The position numbers and the translations under genes were made by a program. Shown here piece after piece: positions 28,067 through 36,367 of a stretch of 36,367 nucleotides of DNA. The stretch lies in contig CAYGDF010000004.1 in the NCBI GenBank assembly GCA_964348675.1, forward strand, positions 4,087-40,453, in the 5' to 3' direction. How positions within the stretch are numbered: position 1 is the first letter of the stretch; every line of letters begins with the position of its first letter. The notes beneath the pieces are model-generated. The model was not told the DNA's origin. It did no database searches and saw nothing but the letters and a program-made list of their open reading frames with translations. This stretch comes from an uncultured Candidatus Saccharibacteria bacterium. Lineage in GTDB: Bacteria; Patescibacteriota; Minisyncoccia; Phycocordibacterales; UBA5272.

Positions 28067-28387
28067 TTAAGGTGCTCTACCCAGTATCTGTTCTGGCTGT
28101 ACAATGACCAGCCGATTGATGATGTTATCATCATGTCGCATGATGAGGTACCAGACCTCCCCCGCCTTTGATTTCCTTGCGGGGTCGATGTTGTCTTCTA
28201 CGCAACGCTCGGCTGTTGCGCGGAACAACGTCATGCAGGTGTCTCCTTCTTGGGCGACGACCCTGTCGATGATTTGCCCCTTCACAGCCCGCTTGTTCTT
28301 GTCTATAACCGCAATCAACGCCACGGTTCCAATCAAGACTGATGCGATCGCTACGATTGCGATGATTGAATTGATTATTTTTTCCAC
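28067..28387 (-). CDS. GC-rich orphan protein 3: N-terminal TM plus a possible degenerate LysM domain
   Basis: AGGAGG SD at 28393-28398 points to the GTG at 28387. VVAQEGDTCMTL...NIDP...KAGEVW resembles the LysM pattern. Confidence 0.65.
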   Translation of the reverse strand: MEKIINSIIAIVAIASVLIGTVALIAVIDKNKRAVKGQIIDRVVAQEGDTCMTLFRATAERCVEDNIDPARKSKAGEVWYLIMRHDDNIINRLVIVQPEQILGRAP

Positions 28388-28422
28388 CACAACCTCCTGT
28401 GTAAAAAGAACCACAAACTAAA

Positions 28423-28461
28423 ACAGACTTATATTATAACATATAAGTCTGTAAAAGTCAA
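28423..28461 (-). promoter_or_regulatory. Near-consensus sigma70 promoter embedded in a 12-bp perfect inverted repeat
   Basis: TTGACT-17-TATAAT with TGn extension; ACAGACTTATAT-N6-ATATAAGTCTGT at 28423-28452. Confidence 0.75.
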
Positions 28462-28475
28462 TATAAGAAATCTTC

Positions 28476-29891
28476 TTACAATTTCTCAGCGAGAATCAGT
28501 TTAAGTTCCTTCAAAGATTTTTCTGTTGTAGGAGATGGTGCCTGCATTAGTAAATCTCTTCCCTCTCCGTTTTTTGGAAACGCAATTACTTCACGAATGT
28601 TCGGTTCATTTAACATCAGCATCATAAATCTATCAAATCCCCAAGCAATACCTCCGTGTGGAGGAGTTCCAGAACCAAATGCAGATAACATGTGTCCGAA
28701 ATTTTTTTCAATACGTTCTTCACTGTAACCCATGATTTCAAGAACACGCCTTAGTGCGATTGGGTCATGATTACGAATAGAGCCACCCCCTACTTCATAG
28801 CCGTTAAGAGCTAAGTCGTACTGAGTAGTTAAAATATTTCCAATAAATTCCTTGTTCATTAACCATTCCATGTGTTCATCCTTTGGTTTTGAAAATGGAT
28901 TGTGTGTAAACGTCCACTCTCCTTCTGCCTCTGGATTGTCAGTATCAACTGTGCGAGCAAAAAATGGAAAATCAATTACCCAACAAAAAGCCAGTAGATT
29001 TGGGTCTTCTTTATCTTCACGAATATCTGGTTTATCCGAACCAAATTCTTCCATGGCCTCCTCATATGTAAATATCGGAAATGGAACAGTTTGAATTCTT
29101 TTTTCTGGAAATAATTCTGTAACGAGTTTAATAATAAGTTTTTCATTTACTCTCATCACTTCTTCACGAGAAACGAAACTCATTTCCATGTCCACCTGAG
29201 TGAATTCTGGCTGACGGTCACCGCGAGTATCTTCGTCACGCATACATTTAGCGAACTGGAAATATCTCTCAAAACCAGCAGACATTAAGAGTTGCTTATA
29301 CTGTTGAGGTGACTGAGGGAGTGCATAGAACTGTCCACTGTGAACACGGGAAGGAACTAAATATGAACGCGCACCCTCCGGAGTAGGATTAGTTAGAAGT
29401 GGAGTTTCTATTTCTATAAAGCCTTGCGCATCTAATTCGTCGCGGACGAATTTCATCACCTTGTGACGCATGCGAATATTTTTTTGCAATCGCGGACGTC
29501 TTAAATCTAAATATCTTTTTTGAAGTCTCACCTCTTCCCCCACCTCATAACCGTCTGTTGAAATATCAAAAGCTGGCGTGTATGCCTCGTTTAAAACATA
29601 AATAGCGAGCACCTCAAGTTCAATGTCTCCATTTAAAACCTCACGATTAACATTTCTTTCTGGACGCTTGTTCACCTGCGCGTGAATCTTAACCACCCAC
29701 TCTGGACGGACGTGCTGAGCCACATTTAGAGCATCAATATGACTAGGTAAAACAACAGCCTGAACCCTTCCTGTTGCATCTCGTAAATCGAAAAAGACCA
29801 TTTTCCCTTGGTCACGCCTAACATCCACCCAAGAATAAACATTTACCTCCATTCCAACGCAATTGGCTAAATCTTTTATTTGAGTACGCAT
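28476..29891 (-). CDS. aspS: Aspartate--tRNA ligase, short form
   Basis: OB fold, RYLDLRR, TPEGAR, LPQSPQQYKQLLM, DRQPEFTQ and PPHGGIAWGFDR; 471 aa. Confidence 0.96.
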   Translation of the reverse strand: MRTQIKDLANCVGMEVNVYSWVDVRRDQGKMVFFDLRDATGRVQAVVLPSHIDALNVAQHVRPEWVVKIHAQVNKRPERNVNREVLNGDIELEVLAIYVLNEAYTPAFDISTDGYEVGEEVRLQKRYLDLRRPRLQKNIRMRHKVMKFVRDELDAQGFIEIETPLLTNPTPEGARSYLVPSRVHSGQFYALPQSPQQYKQLLMSAGFERYFQFAKCMRDEDTRGDRQPEFTQVDMEMSFVSREEVMRVNEKLIIKLVTELFPEKRIQTVPFPIFTYEEAMEEFGSDKPDIREDKEDPNLLAFCWVIDFPFFARTVDTDNPEAEGEWTFTHNPFSKPKDEHMEWLMNKEFIGNILTTQYDLALNGYEVGGGSIRNHDPIALRRVLEIMGYSEERIEKNFGHMLSAFGSGTPPHGGIAWGFDRFMMLMLNEPNIREVIAFPKNGEGRDLLMQAPSPTTEKSLKELKLILAEKL

Positions 29892-29957
29892 AGTTATATA
29901 ATTATAGCAAAATACAAGCCTTTTTGGTAGTATAACCTAAACTCTTAGGAGATTAAC

Positions 29958-30929
29958 GTGTTGTTAAAAAACTTCGATAACGTGACCTGTGGCGTCGAGA
30001 TACTTATCGCTGCGAGAAAACGAGGCGATGGCCACTTTTTGACAAAGATGACGAGTGCACTCGAAAGAGCGTCGTCAACTGAGGTCACCGTCACGGTTAC
30101 GCCGTGGTTCGACGCTGTAAAAGCCGGCACTCAAACAGAACATCTTGATGTCTGCGGGTTGGTGATCATTGCAGACAGAATGGCTCGCTCCTACAGCGAA
30201 GATGTTCTGGCGGATATCTTTCAGCAACTTCTACCAAAGCTGATTGGAAGAAATGCCCCAACTGGCAAAGAGAGTGTCATCTTCATCCACGAGCGAGAGA
30301 GGGTCCTCATCAGAAGTCTGTGCGAGGCATTCTCGTTAGACGAAAAGATGATGATGAAGGGGGCAGAGGACGAGGAAATATCCTACTACTCCTTGGCTAG
30401 CGACTTCTACCGCTCTCGCTATATGAGGGCGCGCCACAAGCTCTTTGACAGAATGACCCAGCAACCTGACGAAGCGGCAGCGCTGGCAGACGACGATGTT
30501 CAGGAAGATTCAAGCGCGACGCTCGCGAAGACCTTATGGCTGGCGATGGTGGTGGAGCCTGATGTCGACACGGCTGAAGACATGCGAACGTTCCTCGTGA
30601 ACAAAGCACGCCGACAGGACATCGTTCTTCGCGTCGAACTTCGTCACACTGTCGAGGAAGCAATCCTTGGCATGTCCGCACTCCTTCCATTCGCGATATC
30701 CATCAGGCCCCACATGTCGGCGAATTGGGATGGACTTAAGATCGTCGCTGCCGCGAAGAAGCTCGACATCCCTGTGATCGTCCGATCACACTATGAGCCG
30801 CGGCAGATCCAAGGCGCACTCAATCAGCATCGCATCGACGCGAAGCCGAAAAAGCTCGTCCACGTAGACCAGCCGCAGCCATGGGCGGAAGCCATGCTCT
30901 CCTGCCTCATGAGCCAAACCCGGCATTGA
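29958..30929 (+). CDS. GC-rich orphan protein 4 with a C-terminal degenerate receiver (CheY-like) domain
   Basis: AGGAG SD and GTG start. MVVEPD...TVEEAI...PFAISIRPHM...DGLKIV...IPVIVRS...AKP follows the receiver motif order. Confidence 0.72.
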   Translation: MLLKNFDNVTCGVEILIAARKRGDGHFLTKMTSALERASSTEVTVTVTPWFDAVKAGTQTEHLDVCGLVIIADRMARSYSEDVLADIFQQLLPKLIGRNAPTGKESVIFIHERERVLIRSLCEAFSLDEKMMMKGAEDEEISYYSLASDFYRSRYMRARHKLFDRMTQQPDEAAALADDDVQEDSSATLAKTLWLAMVVEPDVDTAEDMRTFLVNKARRQDIVLRVELRHTVEEAILGMSALLPFAISIRPHMSANWDGLKIVAAAKKLDIPVIVRSHYEPRQIQGALNQHRIDAKPKKLVHVDQPQPWAEAMLSCLMSQTRH

Positions 30930-30943
30930 CCAGCCGAAAAAAC

Positions 30944-30972
30944 AAAATGGCCACCCCGCGGGTGGCCATTTT
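30944..30972. terminator. Bidirectional terminator
   Basis: aaaatggccaccc-cgc-gggtggccatttt between convergent genes. Confidence 0.8.
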
Positions 30973-30985
30973 CAATTTCCATTTT

Positions 30986-31963
30986 TTAAAACCCAACTTG
31001 TTCTCTGACTTTTTTCATAGTCACTTGCGCTTGAGCGCGTGCACGCTTTCCTCCCTCTTCTAAAATCTTTGTAATTTTTTCAGGATTCGCCATTAAATCG
31101 TCGTAAATTTCTTTCTTCCCCTCTCGCCAGTTTCTAATCGTTTCTAGTAATTCTTCTTTTGCTTGCTTATATCCATACCCACCGTTTTCAAATTTTGCGC
31201 GTAGTTCTTTATCTTCACTTTCATTTAAGAAAAGTTTATGAATTTTATAAACATTATTTTCATCAGGATTTTTCTTCTGTTCTGGAGAAGCGCTGTCTGT
31301 AACTATTCCCATGACTGATTTTTTTATCTCCTCATCTGTTCCAAATAGCGAAATCACATTTCCTTTACTCTTACTCATTTTCTCTCCATCAGTTCCGGGC
31401 ACTATTCCAACACCACCTAAAATATATTCTTTTGGAAGTTTAAACTCTTCCACTCCCCATGCGCGATTATAAAATCCTGCAATGTCGCGTGCGTATTCCA
31501 CGTGCTGTTTCTGGTCTTGTCCCACTGGAACAATATCCGCTTGATACATCAAAATATCTGCCGCCATTAAAACTGGATAAGTAAAAAGACCGGCATTTAC
31601 TTCTTTACTTTTTGCTTCGTGGTCCTTAAATGCGTGACTGCGCATTAAATATGGAACTGTAACCACGTTATTAAATACCCATGCAAGTTCTGTGTGTTCT
31701 GGAATATCTGACTGTTTGAAGAGTGCAGTCTTGGTAGTGTCTAGTCCACAGGCGACATATGCGGCTGTTATTTCTTTGACAGTCTCTCTCAAAGCCTTTC
31801 CGTCTTTCACCGTGGTGAGGGCGTGGTAGTCAGCAATAAAAACATAACTTTCATATTCACCACTATTTGGTAAATCTATATTTTGTTTCATCGCGCCGAA
31901 GTAGTTCCCAAAGTGAAGTGTGCCTGTGGCTTTAATACCTGAGACTAAGATTTTCTTTGACAT
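30986..31963 (-). CDS. trpS: Tryptophan--tRNA ligase
   Basis: HFGN, YPVLMAADIL, VPVGQDQKQH and KMSKS. Start set to the ATG at 31963. Confidence 0.96.
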   Translation of the reverse strand: MSKKILVSGIKATGTLHFGNYFGAMKQNIDLPNSGEYESYVFIADYHALTTVKDGKALRETVKEITAAYVACGLDTTKTALFKQSDIPEHTELAWVFNNVVTVPYLMRSHAFKDHEAKSKEVNAGLFTYPVLMAADILMYQADIVPVGQDQKQHVEYARDIAGFYNRAWGVEEFKLPKEYILGGVGIVPGTDGEKMSKSKGNVISLFGTDEEIKKSVMGIVTDSASPEQKKNPDENNVYKIHKLFLNESEDKELRAKFENGGYGYKQAKEELLETIRNWREGKKEIYDDLMANPEKITKILEEGGKRARAQAQVTMKKVREQVGF

Positions 31964-31979
31964 AGGATAAATTATAGCA

Positions 31980-32016
31980 AAGAAAAGAGCGGGCGCGAAG
32001 CGCCCGCTCTTTTCTT
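31980..32016. terminator. Terminator after the surface protein gene
   Basis: 17-bp stem aagaaaagagcgggcgc-gaa-gcgcccgctcttttctt. Confidence 0.8.
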
Positions 32017-32036
32017 TCAAACCTCTCTAGTTTTTA

Positions 32037-35000
32037 TTACTTAGCAAGCAACGCTCTAGACATCGGTCCAAAGTATCCAGTTGCTGGGAGTTTACTTTCA
32101 GACTGCCACTTTATAACTGCAGACTTTGTAAGCGGTCCAAAGTATTGAGTTGTGGTAGCCAATTTAAGGTGCCCTAGACCAACGAGCATCTTCTGAAGTT
32201 CCTGTACATCTGTCCCACGAGAACCTAAACGCATGTTACGAGTAAATGCATACGTTGTTGCTCCGAGAACTTTACCTTTGGCTTTACCATCAGAAGTTAC
32301 ATCAGAAACCGTTGCCCCAAGTACGCTTCCATTTGTATTTGGCGTATTAGAAGTTGCAAGTTGAGATACTACCACTCCATTTCCATTTCCTCCACCATTA
32401 CCACCACCACTTCCATAAGGAATAGCAGTTGTTGTGTAACTTACAAAGGCCGTAGCGTGCCTTGTCCAGACGATAAGGTCAGAACCCACATCAATCTTAC
32501 AATCAGCACCATCTGCTAGAGTTGGGCTTGTGGCACTGTTACAAACGGCTGTTATTTCTTTGAAAACTCCGCTCTGTGACCATCCTACATGTTTGCCAGA
32601 CTGTCCCGCAAAAGTAAGTTTCACTGGTGTACTAAATGTGAGCGGCGTGTTTCCACTTCCAATTTCAATTGCAGTTACTCCTGTCAACCAGAAACCATTT
32701 AATTCAGTTGGAAGCACTGAAGTTGTAGTTGAAGTAGGTAAATCAAATATTCCATCCCACGATAGTGGACCTGTAATTGTTGTTCCTGCTGGAATCGTAG
32801 CTGTGAACGCTCCATTTGTAAGAGTCGACTCATTCGTGAATGTTGTTGATACTGAACTTGTGCCAGTATTTACACTAGAAGATAGTGTAGTCATAGTTGA
32901 GTCGGCATACCATGGTGAATAATTTACAGTGCTAGAACCAGTAGCGGTAATACGTGATGAAATCTCAGAAGCAGAGTTAACTCCCCACCAGTTTTCCACA
33001 GCGTTAAATGTTCCTGTCATACCACTCTTAATCTTTAGTGTAGGTTGACTAGAAACCATGTTAATAAACTTATTCTTGTTTATGTTAAGCGTACTGCCAG
33101 TAAAGTCTGGCTGATTAGCCCACGTTGTCGCACCTACTGACGAGTAGTAATAATCAGTTCCTCCTGATTTCCAAATCCTATTTCCATCAAAAGTATTGTT
33201 TGTAATATTAACTGTCCAGTTACTTCCAAAACTATCAAACGTTACTCCAGAATTAGTGAAGACGTTGTTAGTTACAGTTCCAGTTCGCGTAGTGGTTGCA
33301 CTGTTATTGTTGAAGTAAACACCAGACCCATATTTAGTGATGTCGTCTCCGCCATAATTATTTGCATTCGCAAACAATGTCGTTGGTACGGGGGCAAATA
33401 CGTTATATGAAGCTGTGAAGTTATTTCCCAATACTTCAATACCTTTATTCGGTTCAATCTTGTTCATGATTCCCAAACCTTGAATCGTTACATCATCACT
33501 AAAGACAGTAATCAAATTCTGAGTAGACCAGCTACCATTTGCTGTTTCTTGGGTGCTGTAAATGTTCGTAGCAACATCTGAAGTGTTTGATATTTCCTGA
33601 CCACCTGAAGTTATACCTACCAACTTAATGTTGTTTGTCGTGATTGGAAGATACCATCCTGTCTGACCTGAAATTGAGGTAACGTCATCTTTTACCAAAT
33701 TATAGTTTCCTGGTGCGATTTTAATAATATCCCCTTCTTGTGCAGCCTTAACCGCAGAAATGATGGTGATGTAAACAGTAGAGACATCATTCTTTGTAAT
33801 AACGGCGACATTACCAAGAGTGTTAGCCCAGATGAAATAATTTGTAGTTCCAGCCATTAGATACTTGTTGTACCCTGATGCGTTTACAGTTACCGTTGAA
33901 GTCACATCTACATGCGCACCATCTGACCAAATCTGAGTAGATTCTCCGAGTGTTCCACTATTTAGTGTAAATACTGAAGGTGTTGTTACTCCACTTCCTG
34001 GATCAACGTTTACTGCACCCCATGAGTTTCCGGTTGTTGTGAGGTTAGTTGCTTCTACAGATGAGCCGTTAACAATCATTCCGGCGTGACCATTATTTGA
34101 AACTGTAACATGGTCTAGAACTACACCGTTTGATAGATAAACATTGATACCGTGAAGATTCGTGCTTCCAGTTCCATCTACTACAAGATTCTTAACTGTT
34201 ACATTGTCATGTGTAATACCGATTGCTGAGTTGTTCGAGTTATCAGTTTTTGTAAATGTCGCATGAAGAGTATGCCCGTTTCCATCAAGTGTGATGGCTT
34301 TTGATAGATTCAATTGAGAAGTTAAAGTTACATCAGCGCCCAGAACAATAATGTCTCCTTCTGTTGCAGAATTCACTGCTGTGGGAAGGTCAAAATACCC
34401 AGTTCCTGCAGTGCTGTTAAAAATAGGACTAATATCACCAGAACTTCCAGTCCCTGCATTTATCCACGAAGACTGAGAATCACTTCCATCTGTCTTGTAT
34501 GTCCATAACCACCCTGCACCTCCATTAATAAAAGTTGATGAGTATCCTGAATCAAACACAGCGTCTAGCCAGTTTGCACTCGTCTCTCCGTTGTATGCTT
34601 TTGGTAATAAAGCCTGTGTCCAAGTAGAGATATTTGCAAGAGTTCCTCCATAATCAAGAGTTGTAGGGATAACAATTGGAGAAGTAGTTGCAACGCCAGT
34701 TATTACTTTTGTGTAACCGCCAACCATTGTTCCGTCAATATCTGAACTTATACTACCACCAGACTGCGGACTCAGTACTCCTGCTGGAGCATGAAATGTT
34801 CCGTTGTAGTCCACTTGAGCACAATAAGAAACTGTGTCCGCATCAAGCCACACTTGAATGTGACGTGCGTAATTATCTAGCGCCCAATTCCCATGATTTC
34901 CTGAATCCACATCATTAGTAATCTGCTGTGTTGTGTCCACTACTAGTGGAGAACCAACTCCAGAGGTACAAGGAGTAGGTCCTGCTATTGCACTGGCAAG

Positions 35001-35051
35001 TGATGGCACTATTAATAGCGCGAAAAGCGCTGAAAGTATAGTTTTTTTCAT
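32037..35051 (-). CDS. Large secreted surface protein: parallel beta-helix repeats plus a C-terminal peptidoglycan-binding domain
   Basis: Signal peptide, T/S/G/N-rich sequence, two A..GDII.L helix caps and C-terminal GSRGTDVQELQ..L...YFGPLT..AV..WQ...TGYFGP. Confidence 0.88.
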   Translation of the reverse strand: MKKTILSALFALLIVPSLASAIAGPTPCTSGVGSPLVVDTTQQITNDVDSGNHGNWALDNYARHIQVWLDADTVSYCAQVDYNGTFHAPAGVLSPQSGGSISSDIDGTMVGGYTKVITGVATTSPIVIPTTLDYGGTLANISTWTQALLPKAYNGETSANWLDAVFDSGYSSTFINGGAGWLWTYKTDGSDSQSSWINAGTGSSGDISPIFNSTAGTGYFDLPTAVNSATEGDIIVLGADVTLTSQLNLSKAITLDGNGHTLHATFTKTDNSNNSAIGITHDNVTVKNLVVDGTGSTNLHGINVYLSNGVVLDHVTVSNNGHAGMIVNGSSVEATNLTTTGNSWGAVNVDPGSGVTTPSVFTLNSGTLGESTQIWSDGAHVDVTSTVTVNASGYNKYLMAGTTNYFIWANTLGNVAVITKNDVSTVYITIISAVKAAQEGDIIKIAPGNYNLVKDDVTSISGQTGWYLPITTNNIKLVGITSGGQEISNTSDVATNIYSTQETANGSWSTQNLITVFSDDVTIQGLGIMNKIEPNKGIEVLGNNFTASYNVFAPVPTTLFANANNYGGDDITKYGSGVYFNNNSATTTRTGTVTNNVFTNSGVTFDSFGSNWTVNITNNTFDGNRIWKSGGTDYYYSSVGATTWANQPDFTGSTLNINKNKFINMVSSQPTLKIKSGMTGTFNAVENWWGVNSASEISSRITATGSSTVNYSPWYADSTMTTLSSSVNTGTSSVSTTFTNESTLTNGAFTATIPAGTTITGPLSWDGIFDLPTSTTTSVLPTELNGFWLTGVTAIEIGSGNTPLTFSTPVKLTFAGQSGKHVGWSQSGVFKEITAVCNSATSPTLADGADCKIDVGSDLIVWTRHATAFVSYTTTAIPYGSGGGNGGGNGNGVVVSQLATSNTPNTNGSVLGATVSDVTSDGKAKGKVLGATTYAFTRNMRLGSRGTDVQELQKMLVGLGHLKLATTTQYFGPLTKSAVIKWQSESKLPATGYFGPMSRALLAK

Positions 35052-35224
35052 TATATATAAATTAACTTGATAATTAACCCCAGAATAACCACAAAACCTC
35101 TCTAGTTGTTTTGTACCTCAATCCTACACCCCTCACTTTACAAAAGCAACAAAAGTACCATATTTTTCACTGGTGATGAAGTGGATAACTTTTAGACCAA
35201 TTTAACCCTTGATAAATAAGCACT

Positions 35225-36367
35225 TTACAGTATCTCTTTTTCTTCACGCTGAATAAATCTACCAACAATGGTCCCCAACACCATGCCAAGAGCAGACGCA
35301 AAAAATCCAACGAAAGTAGATGGGATACCTGAGGTTACAAAGTGCTCCCAATACTGCCAAACGCTCATACCTGCAATAATCGAAATAAGTGCGCCAAATG
35401 AATTCGCCTTCTTACTATAAAGTCCAACTGCAAGTGGAATAAACCCAGCAACAAGCGTCACAGAATAAGCACTGGAGACAAGTTCATAAATACGTGCGTC
35501 ATCTTTAAGTGCAAGTAATGTTCCACCGATGGCAATTAGAATAACCGCAATACGAATAATATGAAGACGAAGTCTATCTGACATTTCACTGAAGAACGGT
35601 TTCATTACGTTCTCTGCAAGTAATGTTCCTGGAGCAAGTAACGCGCCCGAAGCCGTAGAAATAATCGCTGAGACTAACGCACCAAAGAATAAAACTTGAA
35701 CAATGATAGGCGTGTGATCACCAACTAATGTGAGAACGAGATTTTGTGGGTCACTCGCGAGCACGTCTGGGTAAAGGATACGTGCAATACCTGCGATAAA
35801 AAGAGGAATAAGAACAATAGAAAAATAGAATAATCCTCCTATGACAGACGCCCAGACAGAAACGGTGGCAGATTTCGCAGACATGGCGCGCTGGTAAACG
35901 TCTTGTTGAGGAATAGAACCGAAACCAATAGTCATAAGTGCTGTGACAAATATAATCCACTCGGTGAGAGACTGGCTCGATTCTGGAATTACCCTCCAAA
36001 ATTCTGGAGGAGTTTGATTAATGAAAGCATCCAATCCTCCAATTTTTGATAAGGCATAAGCAAAGATAGTTCCTAAACCAACAATAATTACTACCGATTG
36101 AATGGTATCTAACATGGCCACAGAATACATACCACCAAAAAATGTATAAAAAGTTACTAAGGCCGCGGCAAATAATATGGCCCACTGTAAAGATAGCGCC
36201 GGAACAACAGTTGAAAGAACCAAACCAAGCGCAAGCAGTTGCGCAGCCACCCAACCGAAATAACTTATGATAATCGCAACCGACAGAAAGACAGAGATGA
36301 TTGTGTTGTATCTATTCTTAAAATAATCTCCAATAGTGAGAAAACTCAGATTATAAAGTTTTCTGTT
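35225..36367 (-). CDS. Sodium:solute symporter (SSS/SLC5), 5' part outside the window
   Basis: YTFFGGMYSVA..D.IQ, GSIPQQDVYQR and SAIISTASG. The frame stays open to the window edge (LTIGDYF..RY). Confidence 0.92.
   Translation of the reverse strand, partial: NRKLYNLSFLTIGDYFKNRYNTIISVFLSVAIIISYFGWVAAQLLALGLVLSTVVPALSLQWAILFAAALVTFYTFFGGMYSVAMLDTIQSVVIIVGLGTIFAYALSKIGGLDAFINQTPPEFWRVIPESSQSLTEWIIFVTALMTIGFGSIPQQDVYQRAMSAKSATVSVWASVIGGLFYFSIVLIPLFIAGIARILYPDVLASDPQNLVLTLVGDHTPIIVQVLFFGALVSAIISTASGALLAPGTLLAENVMKPFFSEMSDRLRLHIIRIAVILIAIGGTLLALKDDARIYELVSSAYSVTLVAGFIPLAVGLYSKKANSFGALISIIAGMSVWQYWEHFVTSGIPSTFVGFFASALGMVLGTIVGRFIQREEKEIL

Noticed and set aside
28104..28421. 105-aa + strand ORF opposite orphan 3
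   Set aside because: Promoter, SD and terminator all support the minus-strand gene.
1..36367. Alternative genetic code (TGA as Gly or Trp), prophage or IS elements
   Set aside because: Conserved genes are full length under code 11 and TGA ends genes at sensible positions (e.g. 7418). No phage, integrase or transposase ORFs were recognised.

Overview
A chromosomal segment that most likely comes from a Patescibacteria (CPR, Parcubacteria-like) bacterium using genetic code 11. This is inferred from the compact AspS and MetK, the scarcity of SD sites, the scpAB-dacA-mraY-ftsW-murG-gltX order and the secreted Cys-rich and beta-helix proteins. The left part (mostly + strand) holds a type II-like C5 methyltransferase with a possibly frameshifted partner, small stress/sulfur genes, and a LexA with a GAAC-N4-GTTC box followed by a shrunken, apparently non-catalytic Y-family polymerase. 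It also holds a SAM-I riboswitch controlling metK, then rlmB and a BaiN-like flavoprotein. The right part (almost all - strand) holds a MarR-MFP-RND operon, an M23 peptidase, cell-wall and segregation genes, GH18, aspS, trpS, a large surface protein and a partial sodium:solute symporter. The most unusual signal is four GC-rich orphan genes, each sitting alone between core genes with its own promoter candidate, SD and terminator. One looks like a pseudo-receiver protein and one like a degenerate LysM protein. Also notable are a structured intergenic region at 17.8-18.35 kb (long hairpins, dif-like sites, an unannotated 33-aa membrane peptide), several other unannotated small ORFs and widespread leaderless-type promoters. 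All calls were made by eye, with no database searches.
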